This document shows, piece after piece, positions 47,762 through 56,938 of a stretch of 64,000 bases of DNA; within the stretch, counting starts at the first letter, position 1, and each line of letters begins with the position of its first letter. The notes below the pieces were generated by a model. It was not told where the DNA came from. It worked only from the letters and a program-made list of their open reading frames with translations, and did no database searches. Location: positions 4,721 through 68,720 of the forward strand of contig JAJFGU010000016.1 of NCBI GenBank assembly GCA_021775955.1, written 5' to 3'. The DNA comes from Alphaproteobacteria bacterium. Its GTDB lineage: Bacteria > Pseudomonadota > Alphaproteobacteria > Micavibrionales > Micavibrionaceae. A program made the position numbers and the translations under genes.

Positions 47762-48977
47762 TATCCTGGTCTTCCTTCAAATGTTTTACGATCCGCTGCA
47801 CCAGCTTGCGGGCGATAACTTTTTTATCCGCCCTGGGCCAGTGCTCATCTTCGTGTATGGTAACCAAGTGTACATGATTCTGATCGCTCCCAAAAACCTT
47901 TTCCCCCGCGTTTATGGCATTGGCGACAATCAAATCGCAGTTCTTGCGGCTGAGTTTTTCCCGTGCATTTTCGATGAGGTTATCCGTCTCGGCGGCAAAG
48001 CCGATGAGCATATCCGGCCTCTGCGGTCCGGCTTTGGCCAGGCGCGCGAGAATATCGGGGTTTTCCTTCAGCGCAATCGATGGCGGCGTGTGATTGCGGC
48101 GTTTTTTGATCTTGCTGTCTTTCTGTGTTTTGGGCGCCCAGTCGCTCACGGCCGCCGCACATACGGCGATATGAGCGGGCAGGGCAGCTTCGCATGCTTG
48201 CCACATTTCCTGCGCAGTTTCTATGCGCTGGGTGGTGATACCGGGCGGGTCGGGCAGGACGCTCGGGCCGGCTACAAGCGTAACCTCGGCCCCGGCCTCA
48301 AACAACGCCGTTGCAATCGCATAGCCCTGCTTGCCCGAAGAACGGTTGCCGAGAAAGCGCACCGGATCGATCGGCTCGTAAGTTGGCCCGGCGGTGACCA
48401 GCGCCTTATAGCCTTTCAGCGGCTGTTCATGGAAAAAGCCGATGATCGCTGCGAAAATCTCTTCCGGCTCGCTCATGCGGCCCGTCCCGGTTTCGCCGCA
48501 GGCGGTATCGCCTTGCGCCGGGCCTATCGTTGTGATGCCGCGTTCTTTGAGCGCAGCGATATTATCCTGCGCGGCTTCCTTGGCCCACATCTCCGGGTTC
48601 ATGGCCGGAGCGATCAGGATGGGCTTGTCAGAGGCCAGTATGGTGGCAGAGGCCAGATCATCGGCGCGGCCATGGGCCATCTTGGCGATGAAGTCGGCGC
48701 TTGCGGGGGCCACGATAATAAGGTCGGCTTCGCGGGACAAACGGATATGACCCATCTCGCTTTCGTCTTTGAGCGAAAACAGATCGGTATACACTTCATT
48801 TTCGCTGAGCGCGGAAACACTTAAGGGTGTCACAAACTGCGCGCCGCCTTCAGTGAGGATACAGCGTACATCACCGCCCGCTTTTTTGATCAGGCGAATG
48901 AGGTCGAGCGCTTTATACGCTGCGATTCCGCCGGTTATGATTAGGAGTACGGTTTTGTTTTCAAGGCTGTGTGTCAT
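47736..48977 (-). CDS. coaBC: Bifunctional phosphopantothenoylcysteine decarboxylase / phosphopantothenate-cysteine ligase
   Basis: [20 protein letters not shown] and [11 protein letters not shown]. The start is moved to the ATG at 48977. Confidence 0.95.
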   Translation of the reverse strand: MTHSLENKTVLLIITGGIAAYKALDLIRLIKKAGGDVRCILTEGGAQFVTPLSVSALSENEVYTDLFSLKDESEMGHIRLSREADLIIVAPASADFIAKMAHGRADDLASATILASDKPILIAPAMNPEMWAKEAAQDNIAALKERGITTIGPAQGDTACGETGTGRMSEPEEIFAAIIGFFHEQPLKGYKALVTAGPTYEPIDPVRFLGNRSSGKQGYAIATALFEAGAEVTLVAGPSVLPDPPGITTQRIETAQEMWQACEAALPAHIAVCAAAVSDWAPKTQKDSKIKKRRNHTPPSIALKENPDILARLAKAGPQRPDMLIGFAAETDNLIENAREKLSRKNCDLIVANAINAGEKVFGSDQNHVHLVTIHEDEHWPRADKKVIARKLVQRIVKHLKEDQDNVARIHAA

Positions 48978-48994
48978 GACATTTATATAAAGCA

Positions 48995-49032
48995 AAAGCC
49001 CCGCCTTTTCCACATGGAACAGACGGGGCTTT
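48995..49032 (-). terminator. Possible stem-loop terminator after the acidic-repeat gene
   Basis: A 9-bp stem AAAGCCCCG / CGGGGCTTT with a long 20-nt loop. On the minus strand it is followed by TGCTTTATATAAAT. The long loop makes this weak. Confidence 0.25.
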
Positions 49033-49060
49033 GTTAAAACTTTAGTTTAAGAAACAGTTC

Positions 49061-49654
49061 TTACTGCTCGATTGTTTGTTGAATTTCATCAACGATTGCT
49101 TCACCGGCAGCTGGTTCTTGACCAGCGGCCTCGGCAGCTCCTTCTGTTGCTTCGGCAGCGGCTTCAGTAGCTTGCTCGGCGGCAGGAGCCGCTTCAGTTG
49201 CTGTTGCAGCTTCAGTAGCTTGCTCGGTGGCTTCGGTAGCTGTTTCTGTAGTGCTTTCCGTTGCTTCTGAAACAGCTTCGCTGATGGCTTCGCCCGTCGT
49301 TGCGGCCATTTCGCCAGCACTCTCAGCCGTTATCTCAGCAGCGTCAGTTGCCATTTCAGCGGCCCCAGACATTGCCTCGCCCGCGGCTTCTGTAGCACCA
49401 CTGGCAGCTTCAGTCGCTGTTTCAGCGGCATCCGTTGCCATTTCAGCAGCTTCACCGGCAGCTTCAGTCATGAAGTCGGATGTACCGGAAATGGTGTCAT
49501 CGATAAAACCACCGGATTGCTCACCAGCGGCTGGTTCGATGCCTGAAAAAGCCCCGGTTTGCGGCGCCATTTGATTGTAAATTGCAAAAATTGCAACCAG
49601 ACCCACAGCCAGTACGGCAGCGGAATAAACGATAGATTTGGTAAAATTGCTCAT
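49061..49654 (-). CDS. N-terminally membrane-anchored, highly acidic Ala/Thr/Glu low-complexity repeat protein
   Basis: TM segment IVYSAAVLAVGLVAIFAIY, then about 150 aa of AAEMATDAAE / TEAATEA-type repeats with an internal duplication. 197 aa. Confidence 0.5.
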   Translation of the reverse strand: MSNFTKSIVYSAAVLAVGLVAIFAIYNQMAPQTGAFSGIEPAAGEQSGGFIDDTISGTSDFMTEAAGEAAEMATDAAETATEAASGATEAAGEAMSGAAEMATDAAEITAESAGEMAATTGEAISEAVSEATESTTETATEATEQATEAATATEAAPAAEQATEAAAEATEGAAEAAGQEPAAGEAIVDEIQQTIEQ

Positions 49655-49800
49655 TAAAAAGCCCTCTCCTTTAAAAGATCCTCACAAAAACATAATTATG
49701 ACTTGTAGGGCGGTAGAATGCCGCTTTGGGGTGTGCCATGTCAATCAAAAACCACAAGTTATTGAAATTATATGGAAAATTGTAAGGTGTTTTTTGGACC

Positions 49801-50550
49801 CTAGGGCTTAATTCCAGAGTGAATGGCACAAATTCCGGCAGAAAGGTTTGTAAAACCGGCGGTTTCCAGTCCTGCAGCCTTCATACGATTGGCCAGGTCT
49901 TTTTGTTTGGGGAATTTGCGGATGCTCTCGACCAAATATTGATAGCTATCCTTGTCTTTTGCAATGATTTCACCGATTTGCGGGATAATCTTAAATGAAA
50001 ACAGATCATAAGCTTTTGCTAGAAGAGGTTCTTCTACATGACTGAATTCAAGACAGAAAAACCGCCCACCGGGTTTAAGCACCCGCGCAGCCTCTTTTAG
50101 GGCTGTGTCTATATGGGTGACGTTTCTAAGGCCGAAGGCGATGGTATACACATCAAAGGAATTATCCGGAAAGGGCAGGGTTTCGGCGTTTCCGGTGATC
50201 CACTCAAACCCGTCGAGCCAGGCTTTGTCCGTCGCGCGGTCACGCCCGACATCCAGCATTTGCTGGTTTAGGTCACAAATTGTGATCTCAGCATCCGGCG
50301 CTTTCTTCTTGATACGAAAGGCAATATCGCCTGTGCCGCCGGCCACATCGAGATATTTGAGGTTGCCACGCGGCCTTATCATCCGCACCAGCCGGTCCTT
50401 CCAGAGGCGATGAATGCCGCCGGACATCAGATCGTTCATGAGGTCATAGTTATCGGCAACGGAATCAAAGACCCCGCGCACAGCCTGCGTTTTTTCATCG
50501 GGGGAGACGTGTTTCTCGCCGAACCATTCTTTTTCAGGGTTTGCGCTCAT
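49801..50550 (-). CDS. ubiE: Demethylmenaquinone/ubiquinone C-methyltransferase
   Basis: VF..VA..YDLMND.MS.G.HR.WK, DVAGGTGD, and FGLRN. Confidence 0.95.
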   Translation of the reverse strand: MSANPEKEWFGEKHVSPDEKTQAVRGVFDSVADNYDLMNDLMSGGIHRLWKDRLVRMIRPRGNLKYLDVAGGTGDIAFRIKKKAPDAEITICDLNQQMLDVGRDRATDKAWLDGFEWITGNAETLPFPDNSFDVYTIAFGLRNVTHIDTALKEAARVLKPGGRFFCLEFSHVEEPLLAKAYDLFSFKIIPQIGEIIAKDKDSYQYLVESIRKFPKQKDLANRMKAAGLETAGFTNLSAGICAIHSGIKP

Positions 50551-50561
50551 AAGGCTTTATA

Positions 50562-50700
50562 AACCACAGATAGACACAGATAAACACGGATTATTCTTTT
50601 CTGTTTTCCCCGCGTAAGCGGGGATCTAGTAAGATTCCTGCTTTCGCAGGAAAAGCAGCGCTACATTTTTATCTGTGTAAATTTGTGTCCATCTGTGGTT
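50562..50700. repeat. Dyad-symmetric cassette: outward phased arms (word ATCTGTG) around two GC tetraloop hairpins
   Basis: Left arm 50562-50590 is AACCACAGATAGACACAGATAAACACGGA. Hairpins are CCCCGC-gtaa-GCGGGG (50608-50623) and CCTGC-tttc-GCAGG (50637-50650). Right arm 50671-50700 is ATCTGTGTAAATTTGTGTCCATCTGTGGTT. Confidence 0.9.
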
Positions 50701-50711
50701 AAAACAACTTC

Positions 50712-52253
50712 ATGAAACTTATCAAAGCCATGGCAACGGTGGCGGGGCTGACGGGGCTCTCGCGCATCGCAGGATTTATCCGTGATATCATGACGGCGGC
50801 CATTTTGGGCGCGGGGCCGGTGGCCGACGCGTTCTTTGTCGCGCTTAAATTACCCAATTTCTTCCGCCGGGTGACGGCAGAAGGCGCGTTCAGCGTGTCT
50901 TTCGTGCCGCTTTATTCTGAAGCGCTCGAAAAGGAAGGCAAAGAAGAAGCCAACAACTTCACCCTCAATGCATTTTATATAATGCTTTATGGGTTGGGAG
51001 CGACTAGTCTTCTGGCGCTCTGGGCGATGCCATGGGTGCTTTACGCCGTTGCGCCGGGTTTTATTGGCGATGAAGTGCGCTACGATTTGGCGGTGGAGAT
51101 GGCGCGCATCACCTTTCCTTATTTGCTGTTCATGTCGCTGACGGCCTTGCTCGGCGGGGTGTTGAATGCGCTGGATAAGTTCGCGCCGTTTGCCTTTGCC
51201 CCGGTGCTGTTCAACGTGACTTTAATCGCCGCGCTGCTGATGAGCGATATGGCGCAGACGGCTGGTCATGCCATGGCCTGGGGGGTATTGGTGGCTGGCG
51301 CGCTGCAATTTACCTGGCTGGTTTTTAACGCGCGCAAAGCCGGGGTGCGTTTACGGTTCAAAAGACCCGTTTTTGATGTGAAGATCAAACGGCTCTTTAA
51401 GCTGATGGGGCCGGGGGTCATTGGCGCCGGGGTGATGCATATCAATCTCTTCGCCGACCTTATTATAGCGTCATTTTTGGCAACCGGGTCAATTTCGTAT
51501 CTGTATTATGCCGATCGTTTGAACCAGCTGCCCCTCGGCATGGTCGGGATTGCGGTTGGCACGGCGCTGCTTCCTATGCTCTCGCGCACTTTGGCCGCAA
51601 AAAAGACGGATGAAGCGCGTGACTTGTTCAACCGGGCCTTAGAGTATTGCTTGTTGCTGGCGCTGCCTGCAGCGCTGGCACTGGCGATTATCCCGCTGCC
51701 GCTGATAACGATTTTGTTCGAGCGCGGTGAGTTTTCGCAGGAGGACAGCTTGCAAACCGCGCTGGTGTTGATGGCCTATGCGATCGGGCTGCCCGCCTAT
51801 ATTACGGTTAAGGTATTTTCGACCGCGCACTGGGCCCGCCAGGATACAAAAACACCGGTGAAGATTGCCGTGGCCGCGACGGTGACCAATATTGTGCTGA
51901 GTTTAATCCTAATCTGGTATATGGGCGTGGTCGGGATTGCGCTGGCCACCGGACTGACGGGCTGGATGCAGTTTTTTGCGCATATCCAGGCGCTTAAAGA
52001 CCATGAGGCGGCGCGCTTCGATACGCAGTTCAAAGGGAACATACCGAAGATCATTGCTTCTACTTGTGTGATGGGGCTGGCACTTTATGGTGCGTCTCAG
52101 ATGCTTGAGGGCTGGATATACAGTGGCGGCGTGCAACAGATCGCTGCGCTTTTGGCGCTTGTCCTTGGCGGGGTGAGCGTTTACGCTGTGTGCGTTCTGG
52201 CAACTGGAGTGATTAAGCTTCAGGACGTAAAGAGATATTTGGTTAAGGGTTAG
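50712..52253 (+). CDS. murJ: Lipid II flippase MurJ
   Basis: SRI.GF.RD, AF.VA..LPN.FRR..AEGAF, 14-TM class, 513 aa. Confidence 0.95.
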   Translation: MKLIKAMATVAGLTGLSRIAGFIRDIMTAAILGAGPVADAFFVALKLPNFFRRVTAEGAFSVSFVPLYSEALEKEGKEEANNFTLNAFYIMLYGLGATSLLALWAMPWVLYAVAPGFIGDEVRYDLAVEMARITFPYLLFMSLTALLGGVLNALDKFAPFAFAPVLFNVTLIAALLMSDMAQTAGHAMAWGVLVAGALQFTWLVFNARKAGVRLRFKRPVFDVKIKRLFKLMGPGVIGAGVMHINLFADLIIASFLATGSISYLYYADRLNQLPLGMVGIAVGTALLPMLSRTLAAKKTDEARDLFNRALEYCLLLALPAALALAIIPLPLITILFERGEFSQEDSLQTALVLMAYAIGLPAYITVKVFSTAHWARQDTKTPVKIAVAATVTNIVLSLILIWYMGVVGIALATGLTGWMQFFAHIQALKDHEAARFDTQFKGNIPKIIASTCVMGLALYGASQMLEGWIYSGGVQQIAALLALVLGGVSVYAVCVLATGVIKLQDVKRYLVKG

Positions 52254-52258
52254 AATTA

Positions 52259-53263
52259 ATGAAACGTATTTTATCGGGCATGCAGCCGACCAGTCATTTG
52301 CACCTTGGGAATTATCTCGGGGCGCTGAAGAACTGGGTCAAGTTGCAGGACGAGGGGGCGGAATGCCTCTACATGGTTGCTGATCTGCATGCGGTCACGG
52401 TCACCCATGACCCGGAGCAAATGGCGCAGGCGACCCGCGAGATTGCCGCTGCGTTCATTGCCGGCGGCGTGAACCCTTATAACTCGGCGTTGTTTGTTCA
52501 AAGTGCAGTGCCGGGTCACTCGCAACTCATGTGGTTGCTCTCTACCATGGCGCAGATGGGCAAGCTTGAGCGCATGACCCAGTTCAAGGACAAGGCGGGC
52601 AAGGACAGCGAGCGCGCAGGGCTGGGCCTGTTCGCCTATCCGGTTTTGATGGCGGCGGATATTTTGCTCTATAAGGCAACCCATGTGCCGGTCGGTGAAG
52701 ACCAGAAGCAGCATCTGGAGCTCAGCCGCGAAATCGCCTCCACGTTTAACACGCGCTATAAAACCGAGCATTTCCCGCCGCCCGAGCCGTATATTATGGG
52801 CACGGCGACACGGGTGATGAGCCTGAAGGACGGCAATCAGAAGATGAGCAAATCGGCGGAAAGCGACCTCAGCCGGATTAATTTGACCGATGATGCCGAT
52901 ACCATCGCCAAAAAGATCAGAAAGGCCAAAACTGACGCTGATCCGCTGCCCGATAACGTCAAAGCGCTGGAAGGGCGGACCGAAGCGCTCAATCTGGTGA
53001 CGATTTATGCCGCGCTGGCGGATAAAAGCCGCGAAAAGGTGCTGAAACAATTCGCAGGGAAGGGGTTTGGTGATTTTAAGCCGGCTTTGGCCGATCTGGC
53101 GGTGTCAAAGCTGGCGCCGATTACCGGCAGAATGAACGAATTAATGGCCGATCCGGCGGAAATTGACCGCATCCTTGCCAAAGGCTCCGAGCGCGCCCGC
53201 ACTGTGTCCGCGCCGGTTTTACAGGAAACCATGGATATTATGGGGTTCTGGAAAAGTGGTTGA
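52259..53263 (+). CDS. trpS: Tryptophanyl-tRNA synthetase
   Basis: SGMQPT..LHLGNY (HIGH-type) and KMSKS are present. 334 aa. Confidence 0.95.
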   Translation: MKRILSGMQPTSHLHLGNYLGALKNWVKLQDEGAECLYMVADLHAVTVTHDPEQMAQATREIAAAFIAGGVNPYNSALFVQSAVPGHSQLMWLLSTMAQMGKLERMTQFKDKAGKDSERAGLGLFAYPVLMAADILLYKATHVPVGEDQKQHLELSREIASTFNTRYKTEHFPPPEPYIMGTATRVMSLKDGNQKMSKSAESDLSRINLTDDADTIAKKIRKAKTDADPLPDNVKALEGRTEALNLVTIYAALADKSREKVLKQFAGKGFGDFKPALADLAVSKLAPITGRMNELMADPAEIDRILAKGSERARTVSAPVLQETMDIMGFWKSG

Positions 53264-53331
53264 CGTAGGCTATTTTTCTCTTCTATTGAGTTATATGTAA
53301 GTTTTTCTAATGCATAAAATAAGGAGGCGCC

Positions 53332-53670
53332 ATGTCTATAGCTGACGAAAGCAAAGTCTTGTTTAGAGGAAAGTTTCAGCATCCCAGAGGTAGAATCTTC
53401 GAAGCTAATGTTGTGGATTATGTTACTTTTACAGACTTATCAACAACGTGTTTTTTTGACGAGCCTGTCGAAGTTTACAAAAGACAGCCGCCTGTTGATC
53501 ACATAGAGGTGTGTTTACCGGAAGAGCATCTGGAGTTTTGGCAAAGCCTGAGAGCCAAATTCGGATCTACTGGTGTGGAAAGTTATACGCCTAAGGGGAT
53601 ATTAAGGAATATATTGAGGGCACCTAAAGACATTAGTCCTGAGAGGCTGCTTGATGTAGCGCTTGGTTAG
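53332..53670 (+). CDS. Hypothetical protein (AT-rich ORFan)
   Basis: 112-aa ORF with an AAGGAGG SD upstream. No motif recognised. Confidence 0.45.
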   Translation: MSIADESKVLFRGKFQHPRGRIFEANVVDYVTFTDLSTTCFFDEPVEVYKRQPPVDHIEVCLPEEHLEFWQSLRAKFGSTGVESYTPKGILRNILRAPKDISPERLLDVALG

Positions 53671-53790
53671 CATAATCCATTAACCTCTTCTTTCCATTTA
53701 AGGTGGCATGATGGTCTGTGATCTGGTAGATTATGGGTATCAATATGGGGTTCCTCATGAATAGAAATCAAAGACTTATAAGGCGTTCTT

Positions 53791-53866
53791 GTTATCCCGA
53801 GCGAAGCCGAGGGATCTGGTCAATAGCCACGAGATCCCTCCACGCGCTGCGCTTGGTCGGGATGAC
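53791..53866. repeat. 76-bp palindromic element (family B, short form) GTTATCCCGAG...GGTCGGGATGAC
   Basis: Collinear with the dxs-internal copy (GT[C/T]ATCCCGA..GAGGGATCT...GAGAT..CTC...ATGAC). The terminal GGGATGAC contains the ATG at 53862. Confidence 0.85.
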
Positions 53867-54500
53867 GGGGTTGGTGGTGAGCGCTGTTCTTTCATTTTCA
53901 ATCTCATCGGCTTCGGCCGAGGTTTTTGTCGTCGATCATGAGGTCGGGCGCTTTTCCCTGTCCTATCCGGATAGCTGGCGGCGCATCCATAATCAAAACC
54001 CCAGTGATATGCTGACCATCGCCGGGCCGGGGCAGGACGATTATGCGACCTGCCGTATGCGGGTGAAGGATGATAAGCGCTTTGTGATTTATCCCGTGCG
54101 CTACAGTGAAGAAATTCAGAAGATCGGCTATAGCAAGGATTTCTGGTTCGGTTATATGGGCGAATATGACGATCCGTATATTGATTACGTCACCGATAAC
54201 GGCAGCATGGGGCGCGGCTTTGCCAGTTACGCCGAAGCTTCTTACACGACGGCGGTGGGGCCAAAGGTCGAAAAGCGTGCGCTGATGTTTGCTTCGCTCT
54301 ATAATGACAAGGCCTATATCTTTGAATGCTCGGCGGAAGCCTCGACCTATCTCAAATGGGCACCGGATTTCCTGAGCATCGTCAAATCGGTTGATTTCAA
54401 GAAATCGATCCAGGAAATGAAAACCGGGCATTACCGTGATTTCCTTGATGAGCGCCTGATCATCAATGGCGCGCGTGATATCGACGTTTCCGTTCATTAA
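53862..54500 (+). CDS. Secreted hypothetical protein
   Basis: From the ATG at 53862 the product starts MTGLVVSAVLSFSISSASAEV, which looks like a signal peptide. The 43 upstream codons of the track ORF are repeat-derived. Confidence 0.5.
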   Translation: MTGLVVSAVLSFSISSASAEVFVVDHEVGRFSLSYPDSWRRIHNQNPSDMLTIAGPGQDDYATCRMRVKDDKRFVIYPVRYSEEIQKIGYSKDFWFGYMGEYDDPYIDYVTDNGSMGRGFASYAEASYTTAVGPKVEKRALMFASLYNDKAYIFECSAEASTYLKWAPDFLSIVKSVDFKKSIQEMKTGHYRDFLDERLIINGARDIDVSVH

Positions 54501-54511
54501 AACTCCCATAC

Positions 54512-54638
54512 GTCATCCCGTTGGCGCTTTCGCATAGCGAAAGTTTGCACGAACGGGATCCATAGTGTCAGCCGCTTTGCGGCTGTCTTTTCTGGATCCC
54601 CGCTGTTTAAGTCCGCTGTCGCGGACCGCGGGGATGAC
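54512..54638. repeat. 127-bp composite palindromic element (family B, long form) GTCATCCCG...CGGGGATGAC
   Basis: Hairpin modules: ATCCCGTT[CTTTCGC-ata-GCGAAAG]..AACGGGAT; CAGCCGC-ttt-GCGGCTG; CCCCGC[GTCCGC-tgtc-GCGGAC]GCGGGG. It is collinear with 41511-41633. Confidence 0.9.
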
Positions 54639-54664
54639 AATAGGGGTGTTAAAATAACTTTTTC

Positions 54665-54753
54665 GTCATGCCGGACTTGATCCGGCATTTATGCCAACAT
54701 AGAGTGCGCAGGCATAAACCCCGGATAAGCCCTTACGGACTTTCCGGGGTGAC
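54665..54753. repeat. 89-bp palindromic element GTCATGCCGGA...TCCGGGGTGAC adjacent to the previous one
   Basis: Hairpins ATGCCGGA-cttga-TCCGGCAT, ATGCC...GGCAT, and CCCCGG...CCGGGG. The termini are inverted (GTCATGCCGGA vs GTCACCCCGGA). Confidence 0.8.
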
Positions 54754-54783
54754 AATGTCTTTTACAGGTAAAGCTCAAAGCGA

Positions 54784-55695
54784 ATGCAGATATATCTTCC
54801 AATTGCTGAAATGACCGTGCCGGTAGAGTCGATCCTCCTGTTGGGCACGTTTGTCGGCTTTTTGTCCGGCCTGTTTGGCGTGGGCGGCGGGTTTTTGACC
54901 ACGCCTTTTCTGATTTTCATGGGGATTCCGCCCGCTGTGGCGGTGGGAACCCAATCCAATCAGCTGGTCGCCGCCGGTGTGTCGGGTGTGCTTGGCCATT
55001 GGCGCAAGGGCAATGTCGATATCCAGATGGCGGTGGTGATGCTGGTCGGCGGGCTTTTGGGCTCGTTTATCGGGGTGTTTATATTCAAACTGCTACAATT
55101 TATCGGGCAGATCGATTTTGTTATTTCTCTGCTTTATGTGACGTTTCTAGGTTCCGTCGGGGCGTTGATGTTGTTTGAAAGCGTTGCCTCTCTTTTTAAA
55201 AAGAAGACGGTGCGCTCTGAATTTAACGCGCAGAAGCTCTCGCCCTTCCTTGCCTCATTGCCTTACAAGATGCGCTTTGCCCGCTCCAAGCTTTATATTA
55301 GCGTGCTGGTGCCGGCGACGATCGGCTTTGTCGGAGGTATATTGGTGGCGATTATGGGTATTGGCGGCGGATTTTTGTTGGTGCCGGCGATGATTTATAT
55401 TCTCGGCATGCCGACCTTGTTGGTTGCGGGGACGTCCTTGTTCCAGATTATCTTTACCACCGCCTTTGCCACGATTATGCATGCTGTGGCCAATCATACG
55501 GTCGATCTGGTGCTGGCGGTTCTTTTGATTGTTGGCGGCGTGATCGGCGCGCGGTTTGGCGTGTGGTTTTCCCGCGTGATTACCGGGGCGCATGCCCGTA
55601 TCGTTCTTGCCATTCTGGTTCTGACGGTCTGCTGCCAGCTGGGAACACAGCTTTTTATCCGCCCGGTTGAGCTTTATTCGACGGTGGTGTGGTAA
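54784..55695 (+). CDS. TauE/SafE family membrane transporter (sulfite-exporter-like)
   Basis: GFLSGLFGVGGGFLTTP and IMGIGGGFLLVPAMI are duplicated motifs. About 8 TM, 303 aa. Confidence 0.85.
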   Translation: MQIYLPIAEMTVPVESILLLGTFVGFLSGLFGVGGGFLTTPFLIFMGIPPAVAVGTQSNQLVAAGVSGVLGHWRKGNVDIQMAVVMLVGGLLGSFIGVFIFKLLQFIGQIDFVISLLYVTFLGSVGALMLFESVASLFKKKTVRSEFNAQKLSPFLASLPYKMRFARSKLYISVLVPATIGFVGGILVAIMGIGGGFLLVPAMIYILGMPTLLVAGTSLFQIIFTTAFATIMHAVANHTVDLVLAVLLIVGGVIGARFGVWFSRVITGAHARIVLAILVLTVCCQLGTQLFIRPVELYSTVVW

Positions 55696-56438
55696 TGATA
55701 AGGCTGTTTCTGTTCATCGCCGCTTTATGGGTTTTGCCTTCCGCCTCCTATGCGCAGAGCGGTTCGCTGAGCATTGATCTGGCGCATGATCAGGTTGATA
55801 TTACAGCCGGGTTTACCGGAGCCGAGATGACCCTTTTCGGGGTGAAAGAGGGTAAAGGTCATGTCGCGGTGGTTATTCGCGGCCCTAAGAAAACCATGTC
55901 GGTTGCCCGTAAGGAAAATGTTATGGGGTTGTGGTTTAACCGCCACCGGCTGAAATTCGGCAATGTACCGGCCTATTACGATTATGCGCTCAGCGCGCCG
56001 GAAAGTGATCTGGCAAAGCCAGAAACGCTGAAAGAGCACGGCATTGGGCTTAATGCGCTGCGCTTTGCGCCCGATACCAAGCGCAGCAAGCCGAAATATT
56101 TCGAAAGCTTCCAAGAGGCCCTGATCCGTAATAAGCAGGCGCAGGGGCTGTTTCCGCTCAAACCAAGGGGGATTGTCTTTATTGACGATAATTTCTTCCG
56201 CGCTACGTTTTATCTTCCATCCAACGTGCCGGCAGGGCGCTATGAGGTCGAGGGGTTTTTGATTAAAAACGGGCGCATTGCGCTCAACCGCTCGGAAGAA
56301 TTCAATGTCGGACAGGTCGGGATGGAGGCGCGTATCTACAAATTTGCCCACGGGCAATCTTTGGCGTACGGTTTGTTATGCGTTGTTTTGGCTGTGTTGG
56401 CGGGATGGGTGGCAAATGCCGCCTATCGCAGGGAATAA
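55695..56438 (+). CDS. Alphaproteobacterial membrane protein (TIGR02186-like)
   Basis: The ATG overlaps the TauE stop (TAATG). There is a signal peptide (ALWVLPSASYAQ) and a C-terminal TM (LAYGLLCVVLAVLAGWVA). The family name is from memory. Confidence 0.55.
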   Translation: MIRLFLFIAALWVLPSASYAQSGSLSIDLAHDQVDITAGFTGAEMTLFGVKEGKGHVAVVIRGPKKTMSVARKENVMGLWFNRHRLKFGNVPAYYDYALSAPESDLAKPETLKEHGIGLNALRFAPDTKRSKPKYFESFQEALIRNKQAQGLFPLKPRGIVFIDDNFFRATFYLPSNVPAGRYEVEGFLIKNGRIALNRSEEFNVGQVGMEARIYKFAHGQSLAYGLLCVVLAVLAGWVANAAYRRE

Positions 56439-56453
56439 CGATGTGGGGATGCT

Positions 56454-56930
56454 ATGAGCGAAAGTAATAAGAGAAACGTCTATCTCGTGGTGGCAGATGA
56501 AAGCGAGGAGTTTGCTGTTGCTCTGCGCTATGCTGTGCGTCTGGCCGAAGCCAATAACGGCCATGTCGGGATTTTGCATGTCATCAAGATTGAGGATTTC
56601 CAGCATTGGGGGAATGTTGAAAATCGTATGCGCCAGGAAATGCGCGAGCAGGCGGAAAAGCTGCTTTGGTCGGCAGCAGATAAAGCCTGTGACTTGAATG
56701 GGGTTGTTCCGTCCCTATATTTGGAAGAAGGAAATGCTCAGGATGTTTTGAGCGATGTAATCGACAAGGATGAAGGCATTCAGATGTTGATCTTGGCCGG
56801 TATTACTGGCGCGGCCGGCCCAGGGCCGATGGTGGCGCATTTTTCCGGCAAGGGGCTTGGCAAATTAAAGGTGCCGGTTGTGATTGTTCCAAGCCATCTG
56901 GAGCCTGAAAAAATAGATGGGATGTTTTAG
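56454..56930 (+). CDS. Universal stress protein family protein
   Basis: 158 aa, with the USP pattern (VYLVVADESEE, ILAGITGAAGPG, VPVVIVP). Confidence 0.75.
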   Translation: MSESNKRNVYLVVADESEEFAVALRYAVRLAEANNGHVGILHVIKIEDFQHWGNVENRMRQEMREQAEKLLWSAADKACDLNGVVPSLYLEEGNAQDVLSDVIDKDEGIQMLILAGITGAAGPGPMVAHFSGKGLGKLKVPVVIVPSHLEPEKIDGMF

Positions 56931-56938
56931 GAGGTAAC

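Noticed and set aside
47727-48824. 365-aa plus-strand ORF
   Set aside because: It is antisense to coaBC, whose family motifs are clear on the minus strand. It is a spurious long frame.
50562-50700. Replication origin, suggested by DnaA-box-like TGTGGTTAA / TTAACCACA words
   Set aside because: The words occur at many unrelated promoters in 64 kb. No dnaA, dnaN, hemE or parAB neighbourhood is present and no AT-rich unwinding element sits beside them. The match is only 8 of 9.
52271-53050. 259-aa minus-strand ORF. Similar antisense ORFs occur at 53904-54509, 55725-56357, 44588-45382, 1364-2334, 9222-9794 and 57152-57694.
   Set aside because: All lie opposite confidently assigned genes and lack SD or start context. 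They are treated as frame artefacts.
54497-54688. 63-aa ORF, and the 89-aa ORF at 41288-41557
   Set aside because: They are encoded almost entirely by the palindromic repeat elements. Such repeat-derived reading frames (SSPRS, DPVRL and similar) are typical annotation artefacts.
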